The notes under the pieces were generated by a model that was not told the origin of the DNA, did not search any database, and saw only the letters and a list, made by a program, of their open reading frames with translations. From Smithella sp. (GTDB taxonomy: Bacteria > Desulfobacterota > Syntrophia > Syntrophales > Smithellaceae): 64,000 bases of DNA. Below are positions 9,868 through 21,266 of the stretch, piece by piece. The DNA is taken from positions 82,865 through 146,864 of the forward strand of contig JBEKRZ010000003.1 in assembly GCA_049517435.1 (NCBI GenBank). Direction: 5' to 3'. The stretch's first letter is position 1. Each line of letters starts with the position of its first letter. A program made the translations under genes and the position numbers.

Positions 9868-10458
9868 GTGAAATTTAAAAAGGAACATGCTGATAAACAC
9901 GGTCAACCCGGCGATCCCGATGTAAACAAAGTTGTCGCGGGAGACCATCCTCAAGAAAATGAAGATTTAAAGAAAAAGCTGGAGGAAAAGGAAAAAGAGG
10001 CTACGGCCAACTACGATAAATATCTGCGCGCGGTTGCCGAATTGGATAATTACAGAAAGCGGGCAGCTAGGGAAAAAGCAGATATTATAAAATTTGGCAA
10101 TGAAGAGGTCATCCGCGATATTTTGCCGTTTGTCGACAGTCTGGATCGGGCTTTGGAGCACAGCAACGGCGATGTTCAGGCATTTAAAGATGGCGTTGCT
10201 CTAATTCAGGAACAGCTTTTAAGTTGTTTGAAAAAGCACGGTGTGGAAAGGATTGAAACCGCAGGCATGGATTTCGATCCGAATTTTCATGAAGCTTTAA
10301 TGCAGATAGAAAGCGACCAGCATGAAGATAACAAAATCGTCAGCGAAATGGGAAAGGGATATTTACTTAATGGCCGTCTTTTAAGACCTTCAAAGGTATG
10401 CGTCTGTAAAAACAAAGAAAATAATGTATGTGAAAAAAATGAGGATATAGAAGAATAA
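9868..10458 (+). CDS. grpE: Nucleotide exchange factor GrpE
   Basis: YLRAVAELDNYRKR, FDPNFHEA, GYLLNGRLLRP. Confidence 0.95.
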   Translation: MKFKKEHADKHGQPGDPDVNKVVAGDHPQENEDLKKKLEEKEKEATANYDKYLRAVAELDNYRKRAAREKADIIKFGNEEVIRDILPFVDSLDRALEHSNGDVQAFKDGVALIQEQLLSCLKKHGVERIETAGMDFDPNFHEALMQIESDQHEDNKIVSEMGKGYLLNGRLLRPSKVCVCKNKENNVCEKNEDIEE

Positions 10459-10470
10459 GGAGGAAGAAAA

Positions 10471-12396
10471 ATGGGAAAGATTATTGGAATTGATTTAGGA
10501 ACGACAAATTCGTGCGTAGCCATAATGGAAGGCGGAGACCCTGTTGTTATCGCCAATCAGGAAGGCAATCGCACCACACCGTCTATTGTGGCCATCTCGG
10601 AAAATGGTGAGAGACTGGTAGGCCAGGTGGCTAAAAGACAGGCCATTACCAACTCGGAAAATACAGTTTACGCCGTCAAGAGACTGATCGGCAGAAAATA
10701 TACATCCAAAGAAGTTCAGTATGATATCAAGATTATTCCTTATAAAATAACGGAAGCTTCCAACGGTGACGCGCAAGTTACCGTACGGGGCAAGAATTAT
10801 TCACCCGCAGAAATATCAGCTATGATTCTGACAAAAATGAAACAGACTGCCGAGGATTATCTGGGAGAGAAGGTAACCGACGCGGTTATTACCGTTCCGG
10901 CCTATTTTAACGATTCACAGCGTCAGGCGACCAAAGACGCGGGCAAGGTTGCCGGATTGAATGTTTTACGTATTATCAACGAACCCACCGCGGCGGCTCT
11001 GGCCTACGGTCTGGACAAGAAAAAAGACGAGAAAATAGCGGTCTTTGATTTGGGCGGTGGGACTTTTGATATTTCGATTCTGGAACTTGGCGATGGTGTA
11101 TTTGAAGTCAAATCGACCAATGGCGATACCCATCTGGGCGGTGAAGACTTCGATCAGCGCGTCATGGATTATCTAGTTGCTGAATTCAAGAAAGATCAGG
11201 GCATTGATCTGCGCAGCGATAAGATGGCGCTGCAGCGCCTGAAGGAAGCGGCGGAAAAAGCGAAGATGGAACTTTCCACTACTATGGAAACCGACATCAA
11301 TCTGCCGTTTGTCACGGCGGATGCTTCCGGGCCCAAACATATGAATATGAAACTCTCCAGAGCTAAACTGGAATCACTCGTGGAAGAGTTAATTAATAGA
11401 GTGGTCGGACCATGCCAGACAGCAATTAAAGATGCCAACTTATCAACAAAGGATATTGACGAAGTCATCCTTGTTGGCGGTATGACTCGTATGCCGCGCG
11501 TGCAACAGAAGGTCAAAGAACTTTTCGGCAGGGAGCCTCATAAGGGCGTCAATCCGGATGAAGTTGTAGCTGTCGGCGCCGCCATTCAGGGCGGTGTTCT
11601 GGCCGGCGATGTCAAAGACGTCTTGTTGCTGGATGTAACACCTCTGTCTTTAGGCATTGAAACTTTAGGCGGAGTTATGACCAGATTAATCGAGAAAAAC
11701 ACGACTATCCCCTGTAAAAAAAGCCAGATTTTCTCCACGGCCGCCGACAATCAGCCGGCAGTGAGCATTCATGTTCTACAGGGCGAACGCCAGATGGCTC
11801 CCGATAACAGAACGCTGGGACGCTTTGAGCTGGTGGGCATTCCGCCCGCGCCGCGCGGCGTGCCGCAAATTGAAGTTTCCTTTGATATTGATGCCAACGG
11901 AATTGTGCATGTGAATGCGAAAGATCTGGGCACAGGCAAGGAACAGAGTATTAAAATCACTGCTTCCAGCGGTTTATCCGAAGCTGAAATACAGAAGTTG
12001 GTCCGCGAAGCCGAAGCGCACGCGGAAGAAGACAAACGCCGCAAAGAGTTGATCGAAGCAAAAAATCACGCCGACTCTCTGGTTTACAGTGTGGAGAAAA
12101 ATGTCAAAGAGTTCGGCGATAAAGTTGATGCGGCGGAAAAGACCAAAATTGAAGAAGCGATAACTAAAACGAAAAAAGCTCTGGAAGGCGATGATATTGA
12201 GGCCATCAAGAAGGCTCAAGATGAATTGATGACTGTTTCGCATAAATTAGCGGAAGCCATGTATGCAAAGACAGCCGGCGGTCAAGGTGGGCCGGGGGCA
12301 GATGGTGGAGCACAGCAGCAGGCAAGTGATCAACAACAAGCATCAGGCAAAAAAAATGACGATGTGGTCGATGCCGACTTTGAAGAAGTAAAATAG
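10471..12396 (+). CDS. dnaK: Chaperone DnaK
   Basis: [35 protein letters not shown] end. Confidence 0.98.
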   Translation: MGKIIGIDLGTTNSCVAIMEGGDPVVIANQEGNRTTPSIVAISENGERLVGQVAKRQAITNSENTVYAVKRLIGRKYTSKEVQYDIKIIPYKITEASNGDAQVTVRGKNYSPAEISAMILTKMKQTAEDYLGEKVTDAVITVPAYFNDSQRQATKDAGKVAGLNVLRIINEPTAAALAYGLDKKKDEKIAVFDLGGGTFDISILELGDGVFEVKSTNGDTHLGGEDFDQRVMDYLVAEFKKDQGIDLRSDKMALQRLKEAAEKAKMELSTTMETDINLPFVTADASGPKHMNMKLSRAKLESLVEELINRVVGPCQTAIKDANLSTKDIDEVILVGGMTRMPRVQQKVKELFGREPHKGVNPDEVVAVGAAIQGGVLAGDVKDVLLLDVTPLSLGIETLGGVMTRLIEKNTTIPCKKSQIFSTAADNQPAVSIHVLQGERQMAPDNRTLGRFELVGIPPAPRGVPQIEVSFDIDANGIVHVNAKDLGTGKEQSIKITASSGLSEAEIQKLVREAEAHAEEDKRRKELIEAKNHADSLVYSVEKNVKEFGDKVDAAEKTKIEEAITKTKKALEGDDIEAIKKAQDELMTVSHKLAEAMYAKTAGGQGGPGADGGAQQQASDQQQASGKKNDDVVDADFEEVK

Positions 12397-12411
12397 CAAA
12401 TATTTAACCCC

Positions 12412-12449
12412 AAAAGCCCGAAATGGCTCACGCTGTTTCGGGCTTTTTT
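12412..12449 (+). terminator. Rho-independent terminator after dnaK
   Basis: AAAAGCCCGAAA...TTTCGGGCTTTTTT. Confidence 0.8.
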
Positions 12450-12481
12450 ATGTCGACCAAAGCTGAAAAATATTATACAAT

Positions 12482-12644
12482 AATCACAGGTATGAAACCC
12501 TCCGCTTAGCGGGATAATTCGACCTGCAAGCTTCAGTGCACTATGTTATAGTCCCACTTAGCTTCGCACGTGGGATAATTCAACTTACAGATATTACGGT
12601 GCTGCCCTTGTAATATCTGAGTTTCATTAGAATTGGAGTTTCAC
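12482..12644 (+). repeat. Composite repeat with two family C modules
   Basis: Matches 2751-2889 and 8967-9010 in inverted orientation; two GGGATAATTC cores. Confidence 0.85.
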
Positions 12645-12666
12645 GAATAAAAAAGTTAGAGGAAAT

Positions 12667-13266
12667 ATGAGCAGATTTGATTCATGCAGGAAAAATGTTG
12701 TTGTCGTACTCTGCGGCTTAACGTTTTTGATTGTGGCATTATCACCAGCATTTGCCGAAGGAAAGCTCAATGCAGTTTACTCTGATCAGTCAACATGTCC
12801 GGCGATTCTTTTGACCAATGAAGATTACTTTCCTGCGTTGTTAAAGGCCATTGATGAAGCGCAAAGCGAAATCTTCATGTCGATTTTTTCTTTTAAAGCC
12901 GGTGTGCATAAGAATAGTTATCCTGATATAATTTTAGCACATCTGGCACGGGCAGTGAAAAAAGGAATAAAAGTCATTGTGATTCTGGAAAACACCGGCG
13001 GAAATGATTATAAACTTGATGCCGAAAACCAGCAGACAAAGAAACTTCTTGAAGAAAAAGGTGTCAAGGTCTATTTCGATTCACCTCGTCAAACAACACA
13101 TACAAAGCTTATTGTAATTGACGAGCGGATGATTCTTCTGGGCAGCCACAATCTTACGCAAGCGGCCTTGAAATATAATAATGAGATCTCTATTTTATTG
13201 GACAGACCTGATTTGGCTAAACGTGCCCGTAATTATATGCTGAAAATTATCAAGGAGGCAAAATGA
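12667..13266 (+). CDS. Exported phospholipase D-family protein (single HKD, Nuc-like)
   Basis: Signal peptide; HTKLIVID...GSHNLT. Confidence 0.85.
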   Translation: MSRFDSCRKNVVVVLCGLTFLIVALSPAFAEGKLNAVYSDQSTCPAILLTNEDYFPALLKAIDEAQSEIFMSIFSFKAGVHKNSYPDIILAHLARAVKKGIKVIVILENTGGNDYKLDAENQQTKKLLEEKGVKVYFDSPRQTTHTKLIVIDERMILLGSHNLTQAALKYNNEISILLDRPDLAKRARNYMLKIIKEAK

Positions 13267-14543
13267 ACTTTTACCGTATTTTCGACAAAATATTTATTTT
13301 GTTGCTGGTCATTTTTTCCCTCTCCTGTTCAACAATGGCAATTGATGCCAAAAAGCCTGTTCCGACTCCGTCTCCGGAAGTAAAAGTTTTGCCGGAAAAT
13401 CCGCCAGTGGTTGAACTTCCGGAAATTATACCTCCGGCTGTCAAGCTCAATCGCAATATTTTAGGATGTGTGCTTCCTCTGTCCGGTCAATATGCTGACT
13501 TGGGAAATAAAACGCAGGATGCAATCTCTCTGGCTACAGGGATGCTTGATGAAAAAAAGAAACCTTTATGGAAAGTTATTGTTGAAGATTCCCGTGGATT
13601 GCCGGAAGGAACAAAAGCAGCCATAGAACATTTGGCCAATGCTGAAAATGTTATGGCGATTATCGCCGTTACCGGAACCGCGGAGGCGATGGACGCGGCC
13701 CGCGAAGCAGATAAATGGAAAGTGCCGTTGATTTTAATAACACCCAAAGAAGGGGTGACTTCCATAGGCGAATCTGTCTTTCAGAATTTTCTGACCCCCA
13801 CACAGCAAATAAAAGCTTTAGTAAAATATTCCTTTGATGATTTGAATTGCGCAATATTTTCCGTCTTATATCCCCAGGATGATTATGGTGAGGAAATGGT
13901 GAAAATTTTTCGTGAGGAAGTAATGCGCATAGGCGGCAAGGTGGAGAAAGCAATTCCCTACAGCAGGAATCAAACAGATTTCAAGGCGGAGATCAATAAA
14001 TTAACCGGTACTATTGTTAATGCTCCACAAAAAAAACGCGGCGATCAAGCAGAAAATAAAACCGCAATATCCGTTGATTTCGAAGCTTTGTTTATTCCCG
14101 ATTCTGCTTCGCGGGTAAAACTGATTACTTCACAACTTGATTTTTATGATGTGAAAGGCTTTCAACTTTTGGGTACAAGTTTATGGCACTCGCCGGATTT
14201 GTTGAAAAATGGCACAGAATATCTGGAGGAAGCAATTTTTGCTGACAGTTTTTTTGCGAATAGTATTTATCCGGAAACTAACAACTTTGTTGATTTTTAT
14301 TACATAAAATATAACCGTGAGCCGGAGAATATTGAAGCGCTGGCTTATGATACAGCAGGAATAATCATTGGCGTTTTGGATAACATAGAAATTAAAACAC
14401 GCGCGCAATTTGCCGCAGCCCTGAAGAAAGTAGAAAATTACGATGGTGTTACAGGAAAGATATCTTTTGGTTCAGATAGAGTTGCTCAAAAGACTCCTTT
14501 TATATTGAAAGTTAATAAAGGGAAATTGAAGCAGGTAAAATAG
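13263..14543 (+). CDS. Lipoprotein, penicillin-binding protein activator (LppC/LpoA-like) periplasmic-binding fold
   Basis: Lipobox LSC; LPLSG, YPQDDYG, DFEALFIPD, ALAYD, GVTGKISF. Confidence 0.75.
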   Translation: MNFYRIFDKIFILLLVIFSLSCSTMAIDAKKPVPTPSPEVKVLPENPPVVELPEIIPPAVKLNRNILGCVLPLSGQYADLGNKTQDAISLATGMLDEKKKPLWKVIVEDSRGLPEGTKAAIEHLANAENVMAIIAVTGTAEAMDAAREADKWKVPLILITPKEGVTSIGESVFQNFLTPTQQIKALVKYSFDDLNCAIFSVLYPQDDYGEEMVKIFREEVMRIGGKVEKAIPYSRNQTDFKAEINKLTGTIVNAPQKKRGDQAENKTAISVDFEALFIPDSASRVKLITSQLDFYDVKGFQLLGTSLWHSPDLLKNGTEYLEEAIFADSFFANSIYPETNNFVDFYYIKYNREPENIEALAYDTAGIIIGVLDNIEIKTRAQFAAALKKVENYDGVTGKISFGSDRVAQKTPFILKVNKGKLKQVK

Positions 14544-14577
14544 GTTCAACGAAACAAGGCGAAAAGGAAAAAATTTA

Positions 14578-15345
14578 ATGCGATTTTTACTTACCAACGA
14601 TGATGGAATTTATGCCAAAGGATTAAGCGCGCTCTATCGGGAGCTTTCCAAAGAAGCTGATTGCCTGATTGTCGCGCCGGAAATTGAACAAAGCGCGGTA
14701 GGACATGCTATTACTATTTTTCGTCCCCTTATGGTACGCCGTGCCACTAAGAACGCTAATTTCTTGGGATACGCAGTCTGTGGCACACCGGCCGACTGCG
14801 TTAAAATAGGAATCAGGGAATTATCGGATAAGCCTGTGGATATGGTTGTTTCGGGAATCAACAGGGGAGGCAACGCCGGTGTCAACGTTCTTTATTCGGG
14901 AACCGTGTCCGCAGCGACCGAAGGGGCAATACTGGGCGTTCCCTCTATGGCCGTTTCTCTTGACACTCATAAAGAAGCTGATTTTACCTATGCCGCCAAA
15001 TTCGCCCGCAAAATGACCCGGCTAATCCTAAGCAATCCGGAACAGCTTAAAGGAAGCGCGATTAATGTTAATATTCCCTGCATTTCCCGTGAAAAAATCA
15101 AAGGGGTTGTGGTTGTCCGGCAGGCAAAAAGCAATATTGTCGAAACTTTTGAGAAGCGCGTAGACCCCAGAGAAAATATTTATTACTGGTTTGCCGGTGA
15201 ATCGCAATCCGCCCGTAAACAGAAAGATACCGATGTCGGCGCGCTGGCTGCAGGCTTCATAACGATTACACCGATTCACTCCGACTTGACCAGACACGAT
15301 TTACTCGACGCGCTCAAGGATGCTGTGAAGCAAAGCAATTTTTAG
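14578..15345 (+). CDS. surE: 5'/3'-nucleotidase SurE
   Basis: LLTNDDGI, GTPADCV, SGIN, YSGTVSAA. Confidence 0.95.
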   Translation: MRFLLTNDDGIYAKGLSALYRELSKEADCLIVAPEIEQSAVGHAITIFRPLMVRRATKNANFLGYAVCGTPADCVKIGIRELSDKPVDMVVSGINRGGNAGVNVLYSGTVSAATEGAILGVPSMAVSLDTHKEADFTYAAKFARKMTRLILSNPEQLKGSAINVNIPCISREKIKGVVVVRQAKSNIVETFEKRVDPRENIYYWFAGESQSARKQKDTDVGALAAGFITITPIHSDLTRHDLLDALKDAVKQSNF

Positions 15346-15421
15346 ATAAAAATACAGTAGATGGACAACTTAATTGTTAAATTTTTGTTAACTCTATTTT
15401 TGATTCAGCAGAACAAAAAAT

Positions 15422-16315
15422 CTAAACAATGGTAGATTCCACATGGTCGCCAGTAATTGGCGGCGACGTTACATGGTGATACCTGTGGTGAGAAATGGCC
15501 AGGAAAACTCCGCCAAAACCGATTGTGATGGCAACAGTCTTGATAATCATGCCAATGTAAAAAGGTATCCAGCCAATAACCCACAATAAAATCAAACCCA
15601 GCATGGTTTCCCCAACTAAAGATTTTTTATACCGGTGAAAAATATTTGTTAAGATAAAATTGCCCAGAAGTGCGCTTACGCCGATGAATCCAAACATAAA
15701 CGCCAATAATAGGGCGGCGAAAACAAATGGTATTAATGGAATACCAATAAAGGAGAACACCAGCAGCATAAAAAAAGGCGCTATCATCAGGGTTGCCAGA
15801 AAGCCCCAAAAAAATGATTTTGCCTTATTGCCTTGAATGGAATCAGTGATAGCATTTAATGGGCGGGGGAATAAAGCAGCCACTAATAATGCTAACATTA
15901 AGATCATAGCGAAAAAACAAAAATAAATAATATCGACAAGCCATGACCAGACGTCCATATCTCCGTAAAAAAAGGAAGCAACGGCAGTGGAAATGTTTGA
16001 TGAGTTCACTTCGGTGATGTTGCCGTAAACCTGGGCTCCATTTCCCTGAACAACAACACCGCCGATACAGATAACATTGCCACGGACGACTGCTTCGTTG
16101 GTCAGCACAACCGAACCTCCGACAGTCACAACATTATTTTCGACCAGCCCGTTAACTGTTATTTGACCGGCAATGGCAACTGCATTGTTTACTGTTTGAT
16201 CTTCGCCTATGTTGATATCTTTACCAACTTTGATAATATTTTTGGCATCAACTGAAGCCGCCGACAGAAAAATCAGCGTCAGAACAACGAAGGTGGCAAT
16301 AAATTTTCTTCTCAT
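15422..16315 (-). CDS. Membrane protein with N-terminal bactofilin/beta-helix-like repeats
   Basis: Signal peptide, repeated V-x-G-N-V-x-x-x-G-G units, then about 5 TM helices. Confidence 0.6.
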   Translation of the reverse strand: MRRKFIATFVVLTLIFLSAASVDAKNIIKVGKDINIGEDQTVNNAVAIAGQITVNGLVENNVVTVGGSVVLTNEAVVRGNVICIGGVVVQGNGAQVYGNITEVNSSNISTAVASFFYGDMDVWSWLVDIIYFCFFAMILMLALLVAALFPRPLNAITDSIQGNKAKSFFWGFLATLMIAPFFMLLVFSFIGIPLIPFVFAALLLAFMFGFIGVSALLGNFILTNIFHRYKKSLVGETMLGLILLWVIGWIPFYIGMIIKTVAITIGFGGVFLAISHHRYHHVTSPPITGDHVESTIV

Positions 16316-16329
16316 ATTTTTTCTTGTTT

Positions 16330-16983
16330 CTAACTTTTCTTTTTAGAAGTATTAAGCCGCTGCCGCCCGTATTCAAAAATACCCGGTAGAACGGAAATGA
16401 TGATAATTGTAATAATCACAATTGTAAAATTATTTTTCACAGAAGGTATGTTGCCGAAATAATAACCGCCCAGAAGAAAAAGGCAAACCCACGTGATGCA
16501 ACCGGTGACATTAAACAAAATAAATTTAGAATAAGTCATAGCGCCAACACCGGCCACGAAAGGAGCAAATGTCCGGATAATCGGCATGAATTGGGCGATT
16601 ATGATCGTTTTCCCGCCATGTTTTTCATAAAACTGATGCGTCCGCAAAAGATTTTCCTTTTTAAAAAAGCGGCTGTCCTGGTAATGAAAAACTTTGGGTC
16701 CGATAAAATGTCCTATCGAATAATTGACGGTATCTCCGGCAATGGCGGCAATACAAAGCGAAATCAATAAAATCTCAATATCTAAAGCCCCTTGGGCGGC
16801 AAAAGCTCCCAAGGCAAATAAAAGCGAATCTCCGGGCAAAACTGGTGTAACCACAAGACCGGTTTCACAGAAAATAACTAAAAAAATAATAACATATGCC
16901 CCGATACCAAAACTTTGGATAATTATCGGCAGATATTTGTCCAAGTGAATAAAAAAATCTATAAATTTAATGATTATATCCAT
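16330..16983 (-). CDS. dedA: DedA family membrane protein
   Basis: [32 protein letters not shown]. Confidence 0.92.
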   Translation of the reverse strand: MDIIIKFIDFFIHLDKYLPIIIQSFGIGAYVIIFLVIFCETGLVVTPVLPGDSLLFALGAFAAQGALDIEILLISLCIAAIAGDTVNYSIGHFIGPKVFHYQDSRFFKKENLLRTHQFYEKHGGKTIIIAQFMPIIRTFAPFVAGVGAMTYSKFILFNVTGCITWVCLFLLGGYYFGNIPSVKNNFTIVIITIIIISVLPGIFEYGRQRLNTSKKKS

Positions 16984-17155
16984 AAATAATTATGTTATAT
17001 TAAAACACCAATTAAGAAATCTAAAATTTTCATGAGGTCAGCAAAATAATTGTATTTTGTATAGAGAAGAACTGGATGGATGTCAATGTGAAAAAGATTT
17101 TATAGGAATAAGAATTGATTTTTAAAATATTGGAGCTGCTGTAAAAGGCGGATTA

Positions 17156-19267
17156 ATGATTAAAGATCAAAATATAAAATATTTATTTGAGCCGCGGTCA
17201 ATTGCCATTATCGGAGCTTCCAACGATAAGGGCAAGATCGGCAACGCGGTAATCAGCAACATTATTAAAAGCGGTTACAAGAACAAGATTCTTCCGATCA
17301 ATCCCAGGGGCGGAGAAATTGAAGGCATTCAAGTATATAAAAGTGTTTTAGATGTTCCGGATGAAATTGATATCGCCTGTATTATAGTTCCAGCAAAATT
17401 TGTTCTGGAATCTATAAAAGAATGCGCGGCCAAAGGCGTAAAATACGCTATTGTGATAACTTCCGGTTTCTCCGAAATCGGTAAAATAGAAGAAGAAAGA
17501 AAACTGGTTGAAGCCGCCCATGAGAAAGGAATGCGCATTCTGGGACCAAATGTTTTCGGCATCTTCACGGCAGAGGTATCGTTAAACTCGACTTTTGCCG
17601 GCAGTGTTATTCCTTCCGGCCATCTGGGTATCATTACCCAGAGCGGCGCTTTAGGTCTGGCCATGATTGGACAAGCCACAGTCGGCAATATCGGCCTATC
17701 GGCAATTGTTTCCGTGGGAAATAAATCCGATGTTGATGAAGGTGATCTTTTAGAATACATGATCACGCAAGACCGGACAAAAGTTATCCTCATTTACATG
17801 GAAGGAGTGCACGAAGGAGAGCGGCTGGTCGAAACACTTAAGCGCGCCACCAAAATAAAACCAGTCGTTATAATCAAATCGGGACGGTCAACACGGGGAG
17901 CTATGGCGGCGGCATCGCACACCGGATCGCTGGCTGGTTCCGACACCGTGTTTGATGATGTAATCAAGCAATGCGGGGCGCTTCGGGCGGAAAACATGAC
18001 GGAAGCTTTTGAGTGGAGCAAGTTTCTCGCCAACAATCCTTTGCCGGCGGGTGAAAACACTGTCATTATTACCAATGGCGGCGGAGCCGGAGTTATGGCC
18101 ACTGACGCCTGCGAAAAGTATAATGTAAAATTATATGATGATTCCAACCATTTGAAAACAATTTTTTCGCCGGCCACACCGGAATTCGGCTCGACAAAAA
18201 ATCCGATAGATATAACCGGTCAGGCTAAAGCTGAAGATTACATAAAAGCTTTTGATGCGGCGCTGCATGATCCTGAAATTCATTCCGTAATCGGCGTGTT
18301 TTGTGAAAGTTCCCTTTTTACCAATAAAGATTTGGACATGGCCGTGGAACAAAACTACCGGCAATTTAAAGCTGCCGGCAAGCCCATTGTTTTTGGTTTA
18401 TTGGGAGGTGAAACAGTCGCTGAATATGCAAGCGAAGCGCGACGGAAAAATATTCCGGTTTATGAAGATGTTTATGCAGGCGTGGAATCTCTGGGCGCGA
18501 TGTATTCTTATAAAAGATATGTTGAAGAAAAAGAAGATGAAGTTGCCGATTTTAAATTTGATGTAGCGGCTGTTGACAATATTGTTGCAAATGCCCGCAA
18601 AGAAGGCCGGTCATTTTTACTTGCCCACGAAGGGCAAAAGGTGATGAGGGTTACCGGTATTTCTGTTCCTAAAAGCATGATTGCCGTGAATATCGAAAGC
18701 GCTGTCCAGAGTGCCGTGGCCATTGGTTATCCGGTAGTCATGAAAGTTGTTTCCAAAGATATTTTGCATAAAAGTGATGCCGGCGGCATCGCTCTTGATC
18801 TGGTAAATGACAAGGAAATAATTTCCGCCTACGAAGCGATTATGCGCAATTGCCGCGCTCATGTTCCCCACGCGGTCATTGAAGGCGTGGAAATATCGGA
18901 AATGGTCCAGCCCGGAACGGAAATGATTGTCGGGGCAAGAATCGATGGGTCTTTCGGCCCTACTGTAATGGTTGGCTTAGGCGGTATTTATGTGGAAGTA
19001 ATGAAGGATGTTTCTTTCCGTGCCACTCCTCTGGGAAGGCGGGAGATAATGGCGATGATCAAAGAAATTCGCTCTTATCCTTTACTTATGGGAGTACGCG
19101 GTGAGAAAACGCGAGATATAAACGCTCTCATGGATACGATAATCAAGATTGGAGCTGTAATTCGAGAATGTAAAGAAATTTCCGATATTGAAATTAATCC
19201 TCTTGTCCTTTATGAACAAGGTATGGGCGCAATGGCCGTGGACGTAAGAATAATACTTTCAAGATAG
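17156..19267 (+). CDS. Acyl-CoA synthetase (ADP-forming), fused alpha/beta
   Basis: IAIIGAS, GPN, QSGA, SHTGSLAG, NPID, HKSDAGG, EINPL. Confidence 0.9.
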   Translation: MIKDQNIKYLFEPRSIAIIGASNDKGKIGNAVISNIIKSGYKNKILPINPRGGEIEGIQVYKSVLDVPDEIDIACIIVPAKFVLESIKECAAKGVKYAIVITSGFSEIGKIEEERKLVEAAHEKGMRILGPNVFGIFTAEVSLNSTFAGSVIPSGHLGIITQSGALGLAMIGQATVGNIGLSAIVSVGNKSDVDEGDLLEYMITQDRTKVILIYMEGVHEGERLVETLKRATKIKPVVIIKSGRSTRGAMAAASHTGSLAGSDTVFDDVIKQCGALRAENMTEAFEWSKFLANNPLPAGENTVIITNGGGAGVMATDACEKYNVKLYDDSNHLKTIFSPATPEFGSTKNPIDITGQAKAEDYIKAFDAALHDPEIHSVIGVFCESSLFTNKDLDMAVEQNYRQFKAAGKPIVFGLLGGETVAEYASEARRKNIPVYEDVYAGVESLGAMYSYKRYVEEKEDEVADFKFDVAAVDNIVANARKEGRSFLLAHEGQKVMRVTGISVPKSMIAVNIESAVQSAVAIGYPVVMKVVSKDILHKSDAGGIALDLVNDKEIISAYEAIMRNCRAHVPHAVIEGVEISEMVQPGTEMIVGARIDGSFGPTVMVGLGGIYVEVMKDVSFRATPLGRREIMAMIKEIRSYPLLMGVRGEKTRDINALMDTIIKIGAVIRECKEISDIEINPLVLYEQGMGAMAVDVRIILSR

Positions 19268-19281
19268 GAGAGGTGAAATAA

Positions 19282-20325
19282 ATGGATAAGCTAGTTGTCA
19301 CATCAATGCGTCAGAGCGCTGGTAAAACCAGTGTCATTATTGGCTTGGCCAAGGCATTGAATAAAAAATCCGGATATATGAAGCCTTTCGGTGAAAGGCT
19401 GATTTACCGCAAAAAGAAGTTGTGGGATTACGATGCCGCTTTGATAGCCAATATCTTTGGAATGGAAGAAAGCGGCGAAACTTTGAGCATCGGTTTCCAT
19501 CCTGCCAAGCTTATGTCCATGCTGGACGAAGAAATGACCAAGCAAAAGTTATTTGAGCTTATGTCCAGTGCCGGCAATAAAAAAGACATTGTTTTTATCG
19601 AAGCGGGGAAAGATATCACATATGGCTCCTCCGTTTATCTTGATGCCCTCTCTTTGGCACAATATTTAGATGCCGGTTTACTAGTAGTGGCCAGCGGCAA
19701 TGAGGACACAATTTTCGACGACATTACCTTTTTAAAGAAACGTATCCAAATGGAGAAGGTAACACTGCGGGGCATCATCTTCAATAAAGTTACCAATATT
19801 AAAGAATTCAATGATATTTACCTGCCCAAAATAAAACAATTGGGCGTAAACGCGTTAGGCGTGATTCCCTATTATAAAGAATTACCTTTCTTTTCGGTGA
19901 ACTATCTGACTGAGCGGTTGTTTGCCAAAATTATTGCGGGAGAAAATAACTTAAACGGCATAGTGGAAAATGTCTTTATCGGCTCGGTTTCTGTAAGCGC
20001 CGCTTGCAAAGAACCTGAATTTCAAACGAAGAATAAAATTGTTATCACCAGCGGCGACCGCAGCGATATGATCCTTGCGGCGCTGGACAGCCAGTCGACA
20101 GCTGTTGTCCTGACGAATAACATTTTGCCGCCATCTAATATTATTGCCAAAGCCGAAAAGATGTCCATTCCCTTGCTTTTAGTTTCTCTGGATTCTTACC
20201 AGGCGGCCAAACAAATAGATGATCTGGAAGCGTTACCGACAAAAGATGATAAAGAAAAAATCGCCCTGATAGAGCAGATGATCAGCGAGCATGTGGATAT
20301 TAATAAACTTCAGTTGGAGAAATAA
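19282..20325 (+). CDS. Phosphotransacetylase N-terminal-like (BioD-like + DRTGG) protein
   Basis: AGKTS, YMKPFG, ITSGDRSD. Confidence 0.8.
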   Translation: MDKLVVTSMRQSAGKTSVIIGLAKALNKKSGYMKPFGERLIYRKKKLWDYDAALIANIFGMEESGETLSIGFHPAKLMSMLDEEMTKQKLFELMSSAGNKKDIVFIEAGKDITYGSSVYLDALSLAQYLDAGLLVVASGNEDTIFDDITFLKKRIQMEKVTLRGIIFNKVTNIKEFNDIYLPKIKQLGVNALGVIPYYKELPFFSVNYLTERLFAKIIAGENNLNGIVENVFIGSVSVSAACKEPEFQTKNKIVITSGDRSDMILAALDSQSTAVVLTNNILPPSNIIAKAEKMSIPLLLVSLDSYQAAKQIDDLEALPTKDDKEKIALIEQMISEHVDINKLQLEK

Positions 20326-20427
20326 TTCACCGCATAACAAAAAATCATCAGATTCAAAGGCAAGGTACGAAACAGAAAAAATAAACAAAGAGAATGTCTA
20401 TTTAATGTATCAACTCCATCGCTATTA

Positions 20428-21252
20428 TTAAAACTCTGTACTGCGTATGAAGTTTACCGCGTTGCGGAAAATTGCCAAACCTTGTCCTTCTTCGGGAAGA
20501 TTTTCACGTGTCCAGCGGGGATGATTAGTACGGTGCAGAAACGCTTCGGGATGAGGCATCAGACCGAAAAGCCTGCCTGTTTTATTACAAAGTCCGGCAA
20601 TGGCATGGATTGAACCGTTGGGATTGGCCGGATAATCCATTGTCGGCGCGCCTTCAGCAGTGCTGTATTGAAACGCGTGCAAATTTTTCTTTTCTATTTC
20701 TTCCAAAACGGCATTGTTCTCCGGAACGAACTTTCCTTCTCCATGCCTTACGGGATAATAGACAACATCAATGCCTTGGGTGAAAACACAGGGGCTTTTT
20801 GCGTTGGCTTTGAGATACACCCAGCGGTCTTCAAAACGTCCTGAATCGTTAAAGGTCAGTGTAGTGCATTGCTTAGTGAAGTTGCCATTAAGCGCAGGGA
20901 GCAATCCTAGCTTAACCATTAATTGAAAACCGTTGCAGACTCCCAGAATTAATTTTCCTTCAGAAATAAACTTAAGCAGTTCTTCAATGAGCATTTCATT
21001 TAAACCGGCAATGCGGGCATGCAAAAAGCGGTTGGCGCCAGCTTTAGCCGAACCAAGATCATCACCGTCCAAAAATCCGCCCGGCAAATTCAAAAAGTTA
21101 TAATCGGTCAAACGCTTTTCGCCGAAAAGCAATTCACTGACATGGACGATATCGATCACATCGGCCCCCGCCAGTTTGCAGGCATGCGCCATTTCCATTT
21201 CACAGTTGGTGCCGTTGCCGGTCAGCACTATTGCATTTACCTTGCTGGTCAT
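20428..21252 (-). CDS. purQ: FGAM synthase glutaminase subunit
   Basis: GTNCE, PGGFLDGD, GVCNGFQ, HGEG, MPHPE. Confidence 0.93.
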   Translation of the reverse strand: MTSKVNAIVLTGNGTNCEMEMAHACKLAGADVIDIVHVSELLFGEKRLTDYNFLNLPGGFLDGDDLGSAKAGANRFLHARIAGLNEMLIEELLKFISEGKLILGVCNGFQLMVKLGLLPALNGNFTKQCTTLTFNDSGRFEDRWVYLKANAKSPCVFTQGIDVVYYPVRHGEGKFVPENNAVLEEIEKKNLHAFQYSTAEGAPTMDYPANPNGSIHAIAGLCNKTGRLFGLMPHPEAFLHRTNHPRWTRENLPEEGQGLAIFRNAVNFIRSTEF

Positions 21253-21266
21253 AAATAAAATCCTGT

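Noticed and set aside
9100-10470. CIRCE element upstream of grpE-dnaK
   Set aside because: No TTAGCACTC-N9-GAGTGCTAA match seen; hrcA and dnaJ are not adjacent.
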